Shown one piece after another: positions 1 through 10,279 of a DNA stretch of 64,000 nt (position 1 is the stretch's first letter; each line of letters starts with the position of its first letter). The notes below the pieces were generated by a model. That model was given only the letters and a program-made list of their open reading frames with translations, had not been told where the DNA came from and did not search any database. A program made the translations under genes and the position numbers. The DNA comes from an uncultured Acidobacteriaceae bacterium (GTDB taxonomy: Bacteria > Acidobacteriota > Terriglobia > Terriglobales > Acidobacteriaceae): the NCBI GenBank assembly GCA_963841365.1, contig CAWJDG010000032.1, positions 25,339-89,338 of the forward strand. Direction: 5' to 3'.

Positions 1-2149
1 TCATTTCTAGGGCGAAGTGGATCGCCTCCGAAACGCCGACGATGTCGTACGGATTCACCAGCAAAGCATCGCGTAACTCCACCGCGGCGCCGGTAAACCT
101 GCTCAGCACCAGTACACCGTCCTCATCATCGCGCGCGGCCACAAACTCTTTCGCCACCAGGTTCATGCCGTCGTGCAGTGAAGTCACCAGGCATATTTCT
201 GCGGCGCGATACCAGCGAGTCACCTCGGCATGGTCGCACTGGCGCTCGATCAGCACGATGGGCTTCCAATGTGCCGTTTGATAGCGTGCATTAATGCGCT
301 CCACCGTCGCATCAACGCGGTGGCGCAGGTCGACATAGCTCGGGATGCGCGTTCGGCTCGGCGCGGCAATCTGCACCATGGTCAACCGCTCTTGGTGCCA
401 GGGATGAGTCTCGAGCAGTTGCTCGATCGCTTCAAGCCGTTCCACAATTCCTTTCGTATAGTCCAGTCGGTCGACGCCCACCGCCAGGCACTCGGCGCGC
501 ACACCAAACTCACTCAACAGCTTCTGCCGCGCCGCGGCGCGTTCCTGTTCCATCTCTGCCCCCGGCAAAGGTGCAGATAGCCCCGCAGCCCCATCGAACG
601 CAACACTTACCGGATAGGGCCGAACTGCGCTCAGGTGTCCGTTGCGTAGCACCGTCATTTGCTCGCGTACAGTGCGCGACTCCACCACACGATCTACCGT
701 CGCCAGAAAATTGTTGCAGTGCAGAGGAATGTGGAATCCGATCAGGTCCGCGCCCAGCAAGCCGTCAAGTAGCTCGGCCTGCCACGGACAAATCCCGAAA
801 GCTTCCGGGTTGGGCCATGGAATATGCCAGAAGATCGCCACGCGTGCATCTGGCCTTGCCCTCTTCAACATTTGAGGCAGCAGCGCGAGGTGGTAATCCT
901 GCACAAACACGACCGGCTCGGCGCTATCCCGCATCTCTTCCACTAGGGCATCGGCAAATCTCTGGTTTACGCGTTGATAGCACTCCCAATCAGCGGCGCG
1001 GAAGATAGGACGCGTATGTGCAATGTGACAGAGGGGCCAAAGTCCCTCGTTGGCGAAACCATCGTAATATCGCGTTTCCTCTTCTTCTGAAAGCCACACC
1101 CTTCGCAGTGTGTAGCGTGGTTCGTCCGGAGGCACGCGTAGCCGGTCGAACTCGTCCACCGTCGTCGCATCGGCGTCCCCGCTGCCACTCGCCACCCACA
1201 CGCCGTCGCACGCGCGCAGCACCGGCTCAAGCGCGGTCACTAACCCGCTCGGCGGCACCACACAAACCGTCTCCCGTCCCTGCCTCATGTGCATATACGG
1301 CTCGCGGTTTGACACCACGAAGATGCGGCTCGAGCCCGCCCGGTTGCGAATGTGTACGGCTAATCGCTCGGCGGTCCACAAATGCTCACCCGCCTCGCGC
1401 AGACGAGCCTCTGCTGCGGCGGCAGCCCGCGCGGCTTTCAGGCTCTCGGCCATTGTCTCCAATTCGCGCGCCAACGGAGAAAACAAGCCGAGTTCCGGAG
1501 CCGCCGGTCCCATAGATTTTTCCGCGTGGCCGGCGCGCAGGTGGCGCAGGCGCTCCGCCACCCGGCTCATTGGTCGCAGAAGAAACCAGCGCACCATCCC
1601 CAGCGTGATCCCCACGATCAGAATAACTAGCGCCACAATCCGCCAGAAGCTCCGCCGCCAAAGATCGTTTGCTTCGGTTCGGATATAGCTGGCATCCGCC
1701 ACGATGGCCATGGCGCCTTCCAACTCGTTCCCGTTGTGGATAGGAAATGCCTCTTCCAGCCATTGCCATTGCCCCGCATGCCCGAATGCACCAACTTCAA
1801 TTCCCCTTTGCAGCGATTTCTCCACCACGCCGCGAGCCAGTGCCGCCATCACGTCTGGCGGACCGCTGCCCGCCATTAGATTTCCGTGCGTGTCGAACAC
1901 CGCAAGGCCCAATGCCCCCGTACCCGACTTGAGCAGCCCCATCAGACCGGGAAGAGCAGAGCGATCACCCGTCCTCAGCGCGCCCAGCACGTCTGGCTGG
2001 ATGCTGATTCCCATCCACTTCGTGCGGCGCTCCAGATCCTCGCGCAAAACGTGCCGGTGGGCTAATACGTCGAAATATGTGGAGGCGAGTGACACCAGCG
2101 TGACGCTCGCGATGAGAGCAAGAATCAGCCGCACGCGAAACAGATGCAT
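1..2149 (-). CDS. otsA: Trehalose-6-phosphate synthase (GT20) with N-terminal TM-periplasmic-TM-HAMP-like extension; 3' end runs off the window
   Basis: Manual translation from ATG 2149 (SD AGGAGG): MHLFRVRLILALIASVTLVSL...; GT20 motifs IFVVSNREPY and VTSLHDGMNLVAKEFVAARDDEDGVLVLSRFTGAA...LLVNPYD. Absent from the ORF track because no stop lies in the window. Confidence 0.9.
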   Translation of the reverse strand, partial: MHLFRVRLILALIASVTLVSLASTYFDVLAHRHVLREDLERRTKWMGISIQPDVLGALRTGDRSALPGLMGLLKSGTGALGLAVFDTHGNLMAGSGPPDVMAALARGVVEKSLQRGIEVGAFGHAGQWQWLEEAFPIHNGNELEGAMAIVADASYIRTEANDLWRRSFWRIVALVILIVGITLGMVRWFLLRPMSRVAERLRHLRAGHAEKSMGPAAPELGLFSPLARELETMAESLKAARAAAAAEARLREAGEHLWTAERLAVHIRNRAGSSRIFVVSNREPYMHMRQGRETVCVVPPSGLVTALEPVLRACDGVWVASGSGDADATTVDEFDRLRVPPDEPRYTLRRVWLSEEEETRYYDGFANEGLWPLCHIAHTRPIFRAADWECYQRVNQRFADALVEEMRDSAEPVVFVQDYHLALLPQMLKRARPDARVAIFWHIPWPNPEAFGICPWQAELLDGLLGADLIGFHIPLHCNNFLATVDRVVESRTVREQMTVLRNGHLSAVRPYPVSVAFDGAAGLSAPLPGAEMEQERAAARQKLLSEFGVRAECLAVGVDRLDYTKGIVERLEAIEQLLETHPWHQERLTMVQIAAPSRTRIPSYVDLRHRVDATVERINARYQTAHWKPIVLIERQCDHAEVTRWYRAAEICLVTSLHDGMNLVAKEFVAARDDEDGVLVLSRFTGAAVELRDALLVNPYDIVGVSEAIHFALEM

Positions 2150-2504
2150 CGTCCCCTCCTGAACTCAGGGTATATATAGTTAGATGCCGTCCGAGGCAAA
2201 TTCATTGCCTCATGAGCTCTACCCAAGCACTTTGATGCGGCTAATCCATGAAGAAGAAAGCATTTGGGCACACTAACTTGCCTTAAGAAGTTTACGAATT
2301 CGTGCTCGCTAGAGCGCGAACACTGGGCGTTTGCGACCAATTCCAAATTCAACTGCGTGTTCCGCTCGGTGCAGGCGGCCGAGCCGCCACGCCCACTTAG
2401 CTTGACCCCGTTGCAGAATGCCCCCTCCTTCGTTCGCGCCTCCTCCATGCGCTATCCTGTCCTCTGAAGCGCCGCATGATCTTCAACCGCAAGGCCTGCA
2501 CATC

Positions 2505-3284
2505 ATGGCGATAATTTCGATCGACCGTACCGCCAGGCAAATCGTACTCACCGTCCAGGAATATTCCCTGTTCGCGGGGCGCGCCTTTCTCAATCTTTTT
2601 CGCCCTCCCATCTATTGGACCGACTTTCTCGTTCAGTCCGATATCATCGGCGTTGGCTCGTTGCCCATCGTAATTCTCTCGGGTTTCTTTACTGGCGGCG
2701 TGCTCGCGCTCCAGTCCGCGTCCACGCTCACCGAGTTCGGCGCAGCGGCCGTCACAGGTCAATTCGTCTCGCTAACCATGATCCGCGAACTCGGCGCGGT
2801 CCTCACCGGCATCATGGTTGCAGGCCGCAACGCATCCTCCATGGCCAGCGAGCTTGGCTCCATGGTTGTTACAGAGCAGATCGATGCCATGCGCGCGCTG
2901 GGCGTCGACCCAATGCGCAAGCTCGTCACCCCTCGCATCTTCGCCAGCATTGCCATGCTGCTCCTCCTCACCATCGTGGCCGACGCATTCGGCATTACGG
3001 GCGGTGCCGCTGTCACAGTCTTCCTCAATCATCAGAACGGGACTCAGTACTTCCACATGGCCTACGAGCATCTTCGCTATCCCGACATTATTCAGGGCTT
3101 GGTCAAGCCGCTCTTCTTCGGCTATATTCTCGGCTCCATCGGCTGCTTCTATGGCATGAGGACCACCGGCGGCACCCAGGGCGTCGGCCGCGCCACTATT
3201 TCGGCGGTGGTCAACTCCTCGGTGATCATCATTGCTGTCGACTTCCTCATTACCCACGTGCTGCTCTCGCTGTTCCCCACATGA
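2505..3284 (+). CDS. mlaE: MlaE-family ABC permease
   Basis: IRELGAVLTGIMVAGR...SELGSMVVTEQIDAMRALG and GGTQGVGRAT motifs; start taken at MAIISID. Confidence 0.9.
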   Translation: MAIISIDRTARQIVLTVQEYSLFAGRAFLNLFRPPIYWTDFLVQSDIIGVGSLPIVILSGFFTGGVLALQSASTLTEFGAAAVTGQFVSLTMIRELGAVLTGIMVAGRNASSMASELGSMVVTEQIDAMRALGVDPMRKLVTPRIFASIAMLLLLTIVADAFGITGGAAVTVFLNHQNGTQYFHMAYEHLRYPDIIQGLVKPLFFGYILGSIGCFYGMRTTGGTQGVGRATISAVVNSSVIIIAVDFLITHVLLSLFPT

Positions 3285-4120
3285 GTTATGCTGCCGCAGC
3301 TTCGCCTTCGCCTCCGGCTCCGCAGTCGGGCGGGAGTCCTGTTGTCGACTTGCGCGGCGTTTCCGTGGCGCTCGACGGCCGGCCCGTGCTCCAGGACATC
3401 ACTTTTTCCGTCGCGCCTGCGGAGACACGCATTTTGCTTGGGCCAGCCGGTGTGGGCAAGAGTGTGCTTCTCAAACTCATCATGGGGCTGCTTCCGCCGC
3501 GCAAAGGCACTATCCTTCTCTTTGGCGAAGACATTTCCCACATGCCTGAAGAGAAACTTTTTCCCGTGCGCTCTCGCGCTGGAATGGTCTTCCAGGAGGG
3601 CGCGCTCTTTGACTCCCTCACCGTACGCGACAACGTCGCTTACCAGTTGATCCAGGAACGAGTGCCCGATGAAGAAATCGACAGCCGCGTGCGCGAGGCG
3701 CTTAGCTTTGTCGGTCTTCAAGAAACCTTTGATATGTATCCCGCAAGCCTTTCAGGCGGCATGAAGCGGCGCGTTGCTATTGCTCGGGCACTTATCCACC
3801 AACCCGAGCTCATCCTCTACGACTCGCCCACTGGCGGCCTCGATCCCGTTACTTCCACCACTATCATCGAACTTATCGTCAAACAACGCGATGTCCATGC
3901 GACGCCCTCCTTGCTTGTCACCCATCGCCTGCAGGACGCCTTCACTCTCTGCGATCATCGCTTCGATGCCGATCAGAATTGCATGGTCCCCCTCCCTGCG
4001 GGTCAAACCGACCCCAACACAACCTTCCTCATGCTCGAAGAGGGTCGCCTCATCTTCGATGGTCCACTCCACCAGTTTGTACACAGCCAAAACGAGTTCG
4101 TCCGCGAATTCCTGGAATAA
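3281..4120 (+). CDS. mlaF: MlaF-family ABC ATPase
   Basis: Walker A GPAGVGKS, LSGGMKRRV, YDSPTGGLDP; ATGA overlap with mlaE. Confidence 0.88.
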   Translation: MSYAAAASPSPPAPQSGGSPVVDLRGVSVALDGRPVLQDITFSVAPAETRILLGPAGVGKSVLLKLIMGLLPPRKGTILLFGEDISHMPEEKLFPVRSRAGMVFQEGALFDSLTVRDNVAYQLIQERVPDEEIDSRVREALSFVGLQETFDMYPASLSGGMKRRVAIARALIHQPELILYDSPTGGLDPVTSTTIIELIVKQRDVHATPSLLVTHRLQDAFTLCDHRFDADQNCMVPLPAGQTDPNTTFLMLEEGRLIFDGPLHQFVHSQNEFVREFLE

Positions 4121-4176
4121 AGCGCTACTTCCTTTTCTCTATCCCCTCTTGGTTGTTCCTCGCTACAATCTGATCC

Positions 4177-5604
4177 GTGACTACGGGTCTCTTCGATCTC
4201 TTCAAAATCGGCGTCGGCCCCTCAAGCTCGCATACCATGGGGCCAATGCGCGCGGCATTCCGCTTTGCGCACGGCCTTCAAGACTCGGGTCAACTCGATC
4301 GCGTGGCGCGCGTCCGGGCCGATCTCTATGGCTCGCTGGCTCTCACCGGCATGGGCCACGCCACAGATCGCGCCATCCTCCTCGGCCTGGCCGGCAACGA
4401 ACCGGCCACCATTGATCCTGGCGCCATTGGATCCACGGTTGCTGCAATCCGTGCCTCCAGGCACATTGATCTCGCCGCAAAGCGGTCCATCCCGTTCGAC
4501 GAACCAGGCGACCTCGTTTTCCATCGGGATCAGATGCTTCCTCCCAACGCGCATACTCAGCACCCCAACGGTTTGCGGTTTACCGCATTTGACTCGGACG
4601 GTGCCGTCCTGGGCGAGCGCACATTCTTTTCCATCGGCGGTGGATTCATCGCTGAAGAGGGCGGCGCCAATTCACCAGGCAGCGATTCAGACGTCCATCT
4701 TCCTTTTCCATTCCATAGCGCGACCGAACTCCTTGAGGTCGCCCGCGCGCACTCTCTCTCCATCGACAGGGTGATGCTGGCCAATGAGTGCGAACGCTTT
4801 CGTGCCGCAGATCGCAACGCACCCGAGCAATCGCTTGAAATGCGCGTTCGCTCCGGGATCGAAGCCATCTGGCAGACCATGCAGGCATGCACTCAGCGAG
4901 GCATGGCCGCGGAAGGTATTCTCCCCGGTGGGTTGCAGGTCCGCCGCCGTGCTCGCCGTTTGGCCGAGCGTCTGCGCGCTCGCGACGTCAGCGAAGCCAC
5001 CGGTGATCCCTTGGCGCCGCTCGACTGGGTGACCGTCTACGCAATGGCCGTGAATGAGGAGAATGCCGCCGGCGGCCGTGTGGTCACCGCGCCCACCAAC
5101 GGAGCCGCGGGAGTGATCCCGGCTGTTGCCCTCTACTATCGCCGCTTCATTCCTGAGTCAAGCGACGAAGGCATCGTGCGCTTCTTCCTCACCTCCGCCG
5201 CCATTGGTTTGCTCTACAAGGAAAATGCCTCCATCAGTGGCGCAGAGGTTGGATGTCAGGGCGAAGTCGGCGTGGCCTGCTCCATGGCTGCGGCGGGACT
5301 CACTGCGGCGCTCGGCGGAAACAATGGCCAGATCGAGCATGCCGCTGAAATCGCCATGGAGCACAACCTCGGCATGACCTGTGACCCCATCGGCGGTCTC
5401 GTGCAGATTCCTTGCATCGAGCGCAATGCCATGGGCGCGGCGAAGGCTGTACAGGCTTCGCGCCTGGCCCTCAATGAGCCTGAGACACACAAAGTCTCGC
5501 TTGATCAAGTCATCCGCACCATGTACCTCACCGGCCTCGATATGCAGTCGCGCTACAAGGAAACAAGCCTCGCGGGGCTCGCGCTCAACATCATCGAGTG
5601 CTGA
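4177..5604 (+). CDS. sdaA: L-serine ammonia-lyase (Fe-S, single chain)
   Basis: [37 protein letters not shown]...QIPCIERN. Confidence 0.95.
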   Translation: MTTGLFDLFKIGVGPSSSHTMGPMRAAFRFAHGLQDSGQLDRVARVRADLYGSLALTGMGHATDRAILLGLAGNEPATIDPGAIGSTVAAIRASRHIDLAAKRSIPFDEPGDLVFHRDQMLPPNAHTQHPNGLRFTAFDSDGAVLGERTFFSIGGGFIAEEGGANSPGSDSDVHLPFPFHSATELLEVARAHSLSIDRVMLANECERFRAADRNAPEQSLEMRVRSGIEAIWQTMQACTQRGMAAEGILPGGLQVRRRARRLAERLRARDVSEATGDPLAPLDWVTVYAMAVNEENAAGGRVVTAPTNGAAGVIPAVALYYRRFIPESSDEGIVRFFLTSAAIGLLYKENASISGAEVGCQGEVGVACSMAAAGLTAALGGNNGQIEHAAEIAMEHNLGMTCDPIGGLVQIPCIERNAMGAAKAVQASRLALNEPETHKVSLDQVIRTMYLTGLDMQSRYKETSLAGLALNIIEC

Positions 5605-5797
5605 GCGAGCAACGGCAAACAGCGTTTCGCATCGCCCGCTCCACAACCATTTCATCTGCGCGAGTGTTCATCGGATGCGATCCGATCGCGTTGGAATTTT
5701 GATCCGCGCATCGAATTTCATCCCGAACTTCGTCGCATCTGCCGATTCATCCCCGGAACGATGTTGATCTTTTTTTCACTCATGTGTCGTTTTTTTC

Positions 5798-5826
5798 TTG
5801 ACATCGATGATTCATGAATCTATACA
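5798..5826 (+). promoter_or_regulatory. Sigma70-like promoter for the small Lys-rich ORF
   Basis: TTGACA (5798-5803), 17-nt spacer, TATACA; the spacer holds the perfect palindrome GATTCATGAATC. Confidence 0.65.
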
Positions 5827-5890
5827 TTCTTCAACTGCAGTTTATTAATTGCAGAATCGATGCAACCCATCGAAAAGGGAGAATAGGCAA

Positions 5891-5971
5891 ATGGCAACCA
5901 AGAAAGCAGCCAAGAAACCAGCGAAGAAGGCAGTCAAGAAGACTGCAAAAAAGGCCGCGAAGAAAAAGTAG
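5891..5971 (+). CDS. 26-aa Lys/Ala-rich histone-H1-like peptide MATKKAAKKPAKKAVKKTAKKAAKKK
   Basis: Purine-rich SD (AAGGGAGA) upstream, varied synonymous codons across repeats, own promoter and terminator. Confidence 0.75.
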   Translation: MATKKAAKKPAKKAVKKTAKKAAKKK

Positions 5972-5999
5972 CGGACCGAATAACCCAAAAGGCAACACT

Positions 6000-6038
6000 C
6001 AAGGGGGACGCTTAAAAGCGTTCCCCTTGGTGTTTTTG
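6000..6038 (+). terminator. Intrinsic terminator after the Lys-rich ORF
   Basis: CAAGGGGGACGC-TTAAAA-GCGTTCCCCTTG followed by GTGTTTTT. Confidence 0.75.
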
Positions 6039-6203
6039 CGGAGGAAAAATCACGCCCTTTAAATGAGTAATGCGCCGCCATATCAACTCACTCAAACCCG
6101 CGCAGGACGCGGCGATTGGCCATTTTCAATAAAAACGAATCCCGGTGCGGCAGCTCAGGTCACATCGTACACTTCATAAGAAGAGATTGCCCGAAAGGGA
6201 CCG

Positions 6204-6947
6204 ATGACTCGTCGCCGATGGATTGCCGAACGCTGGGACGAAGCTACCGCCACCATTGCCGGCGCGCAGGCTGAACACCTGGCGCGTGTCCTCCGGGCGC
6301 AGCCAGGCATGGAAGCGGAGGTCGTTGCCGGCGGTCACGTCTTTCACGCCCAGATCGTCACCGTCACCCTGGCGGGAGAGAACAGCGAAGTCCGCTTCAA
6401 CCTCGCCGCGGAGCTCCTCGCCGACCCCGCGCTCCCCGTTACTTTGGTGATGGCGGTCTATAAGTTCGATCGCATGGAGTGGGCCATTGAAAAGGCTACC
6501 GAGCTCGGCGTTGCCGCCGTCGCGCCGGTCGTCGCGCAGCGGACTGAAAAGCATCTGGCCCAGGCTGCCGCCAGGCGCGCTGAACGATGGCGTCGCATCG
6601 CGCACGAAGCATCGCAACAGGCGCGTCGCTCCGACGTGCCCTCGATCCACGACCCCATTCCACTGGCTCAGTACGTGCGCATGGCCTCCGCATCGACGCG
6701 CATCGTGCTCGCAGAACAGGAGCGCACGACCACCCTTCGTTTCTCTGTGGAGGAAGCTATCGTGGCCGCCAGAGAAGATGCACCCGCGCTTGAAATTGCA
6801 ATCGGGCCTGAAGGTGGATGGGCTCCCGCGGAGGAAGCCATCTTCGACGCCAATGGCTGGCGCACTGCTTCGCTCGGGCCTCGCATCCTGCGCGCTGAAA
6901 CTGCGGCCATCGCCGCGCTGGCCGTCGTCGCTTCTTGTTTGGAGTGA
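6204..6947 (+). CDS. rsmE: 16S rRNA m3U1498 methyltransferase
   Basis: HLARVLR, EKATELGV, IGPEGG, LGPRILRAETA. Confidence 0.95.
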   Translation: MTRRRWIAERWDEATATIAGAQAEHLARVLRAQPGMEAEVVAGGHVFHAQIVTVTLAGENSEVRFNLAAELLADPALPVTLVMAVYKFDRMEWAIEKATELGVAAVAPVVAQRTEKHLAQAAARRAERWRRIAHEASQQARRSDVPSIHDPIPLAQYVRMASASTRIVLAEQERTTTLRFSVEEAIVAAREDAPALEIAIGPEGGWAPAEEAIFDANGWRTASLGPRILRAETAAIAALAVVASCLE

Positions 6948-7034
6948 TCGCTCAAGGCCAACCGAAGCAGAAATCAATCAACGCGCCGCACTTACTGTGG
7001 AAAAGGCGGCTGGAATTCAATTTGCTCACCGCCA

Positions 7035-7763
7035 TCACAGGTGCGCGTAGTGCAGCAGCAACCCCGCCAGCGCCCCGCCGGCTAAATCGCCAATGATTGG
7101 AATTGGAGCATAGCGCCAGTTCGAACTGCCCTTGCCGGGAATCGGCAAAAGTGCATGAACGATCCGCGGGCCCAGATCGCGCGCCGGGTTAATCGCATAA
7201 CCCGTCGTTCCGCCCAGTGAGAGCCCGATGCCCCACACCAGGCTGCCCACCAGCCATGGCCCGAGTCCCGCCGCTGGTCCGTTCATAGCCACGCCATGCG
7301 AAAAAATCGCTCCCGCCACCAGCACCAGCACAACTGTGCCCACCATCTCGCTGAAGATATTTGCCAGCGGGCTATCAACCGCTGGCTTCGTGCAAAATAC
7401 GCTCAGCTTCGCCACCGGATCGGGCGTCAATCGCCAATGCGGCGCATAATGAAGGGCCATCAATCCCGCGCCGCACATCGCGCCTGCTAATTGCGCCGAC
7501 CAATAAACAAGCAACAGCCCATAACTGCCGCTGCTGATCGCCGCTGCCAGTGTAAAGGCTGGGTTGATGTACGCGCCCGGACTGCCGAATGCCTGCGCCA
7601 CCATCACGCCGCACAGCACCGCCAAAGCCCAACCTGTCGTGATTACCATCCATCCCGCATCCGCCGCATACGTCTTGCGCAAGGTCACGCCGGCGCAGAC
7701 ACCATCGCCTAACAGCACAAGCACCAACGTGCCCATGAACTCCCCAAACCATACAGAATGCAT
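7035..7763 (-). CDS. MIP-family channel (glycerol facilitator-like)
   Basis: Two NPA boxes (YINPA, AINPARDLGPR); the NPARD signature is of aquaglyceroporin type. Confidence 0.9.
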   Translation of the reverse strand: MHSVWFGEFMGTLVLVLLGDGVCAGVTLRKTYAADAGWMVITTGWALAVLCGVMVAQAFGSPGAYINPAFTLAAAISSGSYGLLLVYWSAQLAGAMCGAGLMALHYAPHWRLTPDPVAKLSVFCTKPAVDSPLANIFSEMVGTVVLVLVAGAIFSHGVAMNGPAAGLGPWLVGSLVWGIGLSLGGTTGYAINPARDLGPRIVHALLPIPGKGSSNWRYAPIPIIGDLAGGALAGLLLHYAHL

Positions 7764-7983
7764 CAAACCTTCCTTATTGGGATCTGCACAGCAGTCTCAC
7801 TGTTAAAGAGAGAGTAGGGCGCGACCCAGACCCAATTTGAGGGACGAAAGCATTCTCCACTGCCGAGCCTGCCTTCGCCAAGAGCGGAATGCGGACGGTC
7901 GAATCCCTCGGAAAACGAGCCAACCAGCAAAGCGGAGACTCTAAAATAAGAGCAGGTGGAATCCGGATGGAGCAGATCATTCA

Positions 7984-8889
7984 ATGACGCGCGGCATCTT
8001 TGTAGGGCTTTCGACCATTGACATCGTTTACGGCGTAAACGAGTTTCCTGCGGCGAACACAAAGGTCGTTGCGGAGAGCCAGAGCGTCTTCGTGGGAGGG
8101 CCCGCAACCAACGCTGCCATCGCATTCTCGTGCCTTGGCGCCAATCCAACGCTTGTCACGGTCGCGGGGCGCAATGCCATCGCGAATGTCGTTCGCGAGG
8201 AATTGCAACGATACTCCGTTCAACTCGCCGATTTGAATCCGCAATTTGAAGGCGATCCCGTCATTTCGTCCATTTCCGTTGACAGCAGCGGCAACCGCAA
8301 CGTCGTCTCTGCCAATGCCATGCGCATGGCAACGCCTGCCGCGGAGATCGACAAGAGCCTTTGCGAACAGGCGCGCATCGTCTTGGTCGACGGCCACTAT
8401 ATGCAGGCATGTCAGGCTTGGGCCGCCGCGGCCAAGGCCCGAGGTACGCCTGTTGTTCTCGATGGCGGAAGCTGGAAAGAAGGGACGGAAGACCTTCTCA
8501 AGAACGTCCACACCGCGATCTGTTCCGCCGATTTCCTACCCCCCGACTGCGTCACACGTGACGATGTATTCCAATTCCTCAAGGGCCGCGGAGTTACGAA
8601 CATCGCGATCAGTGACGGCGCAGAGCCGATCCAGTTTGTTTCAGGCAAATCGTCAGGAACATTGTGCGTCCCGCGGGTCGAGGTGGTCGACACCATGGGG
8701 GCCGGAGATATCCTTCACGGGGCCTATTGCTACTTCGTGGCCACTGGGCGTGGGTTCATTGAATCGTTGGCTGAAGCAGCGAAAATTGCGGCAGAATCCT
8801 GTCGCTACGCTGGAACCAGAGAATGGATGAAGAATCCCTCTGCATTCGACTTCGAGACAATTCCCGAGGGTTCTGATCCGCGTCCCTGA
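7984..8889 (+). CDS. PfkB-family carbohydrate kinase
   Basis: GGPATNAA and VVDTMGAGDILHGA. Confidence 0.9.
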   Translation: MTRGIFVGLSTIDIVYGVNEFPAANTKVVAESQSVFVGGPATNAAIAFSCLGANPTLVTVAGRNAIANVVREELQRYSVQLADLNPQFEGDPVISSISVDSSGNRNVVSANAMRMATPAAEIDKSLCEQARIVLVDGHYMQACQAWAAAAKARGTPVVLDGGSWKEGTEDLLKNVHTAICSADFLPPDCVTRDDVFQFLKGRGVTNIAISDGAEPIQFVSGKSSGTLCVPRVEVVDTMGAGDILHGAYCYFVATGRGFIESLAEAAKIAAESCRYAGTREWMKNPSAFDFETIPEGSDPRP

Positions 8890-8961
8890 CATTCCTCGGC
8901 CTGCTGCAAAGCGTCGCCCGATTCTTGAACAACCGCTCGCTGCGTTCTTCGAGAAGATTCG

Positions 8962-10038
8962 TCAGGGCCTCATTGCCCCTGCCGGTTCATCGCCCGGGGT
9001 CGTCCCTTCATATCGCGTCCAATGGCTCAAAAGCTCGCCCACCACAACATGTCCAACGCGATAAGCAGCCTCCAACGATGGCAGGTACGCCGAATACGAT
9101 CCAATCCTTTGTTCGGCCAAGCTCTGGGTCGCGCTCAAGCCACGTGGTTGCCGGTCATAGTTGCTCACGGTGCGTAACACCAGCACCCGATGAATGTTCA
9201 CCCGTCCCGCTCGCGCCAGGAATTCCAGGGACTGCAGCGTTCCCGTATCCTCCATCGCTGTGGTCGCAAACACTCCCTTGCCGCCCGTGAAATACGGCAC
9301 CCACTCCGCCGCCCACGCATCCATCAACTTCCCGTGCCAAAACGTCGAAGAAGAAATTTCATCGCCCATGGTCACAAAGGGCGGACGCTGCGCGGTGGCG
9401 CCATCAAAGTGGCTGCGAATCTCCTTCAGCTTGTCCGAGTCCTCGAGTGGCATGGCGCGCGTCAAATCGAAAGCCCACTCAGCCAAGCCCCCATTCAAGG
9501 CATACGCCTGCCCATCCTCCGGTTCGGCGGGCGCTTCGAAAGGCCGGGTCTTGTGGAACGGAATATAGCCCGTCGTCCAGTCCGGAGGAATTTCGCGCGC
9601 ATCGATCTCGTATCCCAGATCGCCATCCACCACCCAGCGCGCCCACGCCGCTGATCCCAGCGAAACCCGGTCCGGACACCCGCCCGCAATTCCCGCAATC
9701 ATCCAATACGCACGGCTGAAGTCAAAGCGCGGATCCAACCCCACCGCCATGATCGTCGCCGCTGCGTGTGCCGTCCCACGGCCCGTTAGCACCGCCATCT
9801 CGCCTTCCCCGTTCATGCGCACCGCATGGTAGCCATCGGCTATCGGATACACCTGGTTCAGGTGGTCGCGTTCCACCCAATACTGCAACTCGCCGGGAGC
9901 ATCGCCCGTGTCGGCGCCGACTTCGAACATCGTCACCACCACGACCTTCACTGCGATCGGTTGCGGCTGGGCCGCCGCCATAACTGCAGCAGACACGAAC
10001 AGAAGCAGGGAAGAGAAGAGGCGCAGGCTCGGCATCAT
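8962..10038 (-). CDS. Purine nucleoside permease (NUP) family protein with signal peptide
   Basis: KVVVVTMFE, DPRFDFSRAYWMIAGIAG, TAMEDTG, LRTVSNYDR; start approximate. Confidence 0.8.
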   Translation of the reverse strand: MMPSLRLFSSLLLFVSAAVMAAAQPQPIAVKVVVVTMFEVGADTGDAPGELQYWVERDHLNQVYPIADGYHAVRMNGEGEMAVLTGRGTAHAAATIMAVGLDPRFDFSRAYWMIAGIAGGCPDRVSLGSAAWARWVVDGDLGYEIDAREIPPDWTTGYIPFHKTRPFEAPAEPEDGQAYALNGGLAEWAFDLTRAMPLEDSDKLKEIRSHFDGATAQRPPFVTMGDEISSSTFWHGKLMDAWAAEWVPYFTGGKGVFATTAMEDTGTLQSLEFLARAGRVNIHRVLVLRTVSNYDRQPRGLSATQSLAEQRIGSYSAYLPSLEAAYRVGHVVVGELLSHWTRYEGTTPGDEPAGAMRP

Positions 10039-10279
10039 GAATGCGATGGTAAATGACAATTGGAGGGCAGTGAACCGTACGGATCAGAACGAGGTCTTCT
10101 GTTTGTAATCGAGATGCGCGGTGTCGAGTTTGTCCGCCGGCACCCGCTCCTCCGCGCACGTGCTGCCTGAACTGAATGGCACGATAAGGCGATAGGATGT
10201 TAGCAGCGGAATTGCGCTGGTGCACCTCACGCTTCGTCAAGATGCGCCAGCGCGATGAAGGCCAGGAGGTTACTCAGCG

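Noticed and set aside
2615-3280. N-terminal extension of the 501-aa ORF
   Set aside because: Out-of-frame overlap with mlaE; the true mlaF start is the ATGA overlap at 3281.
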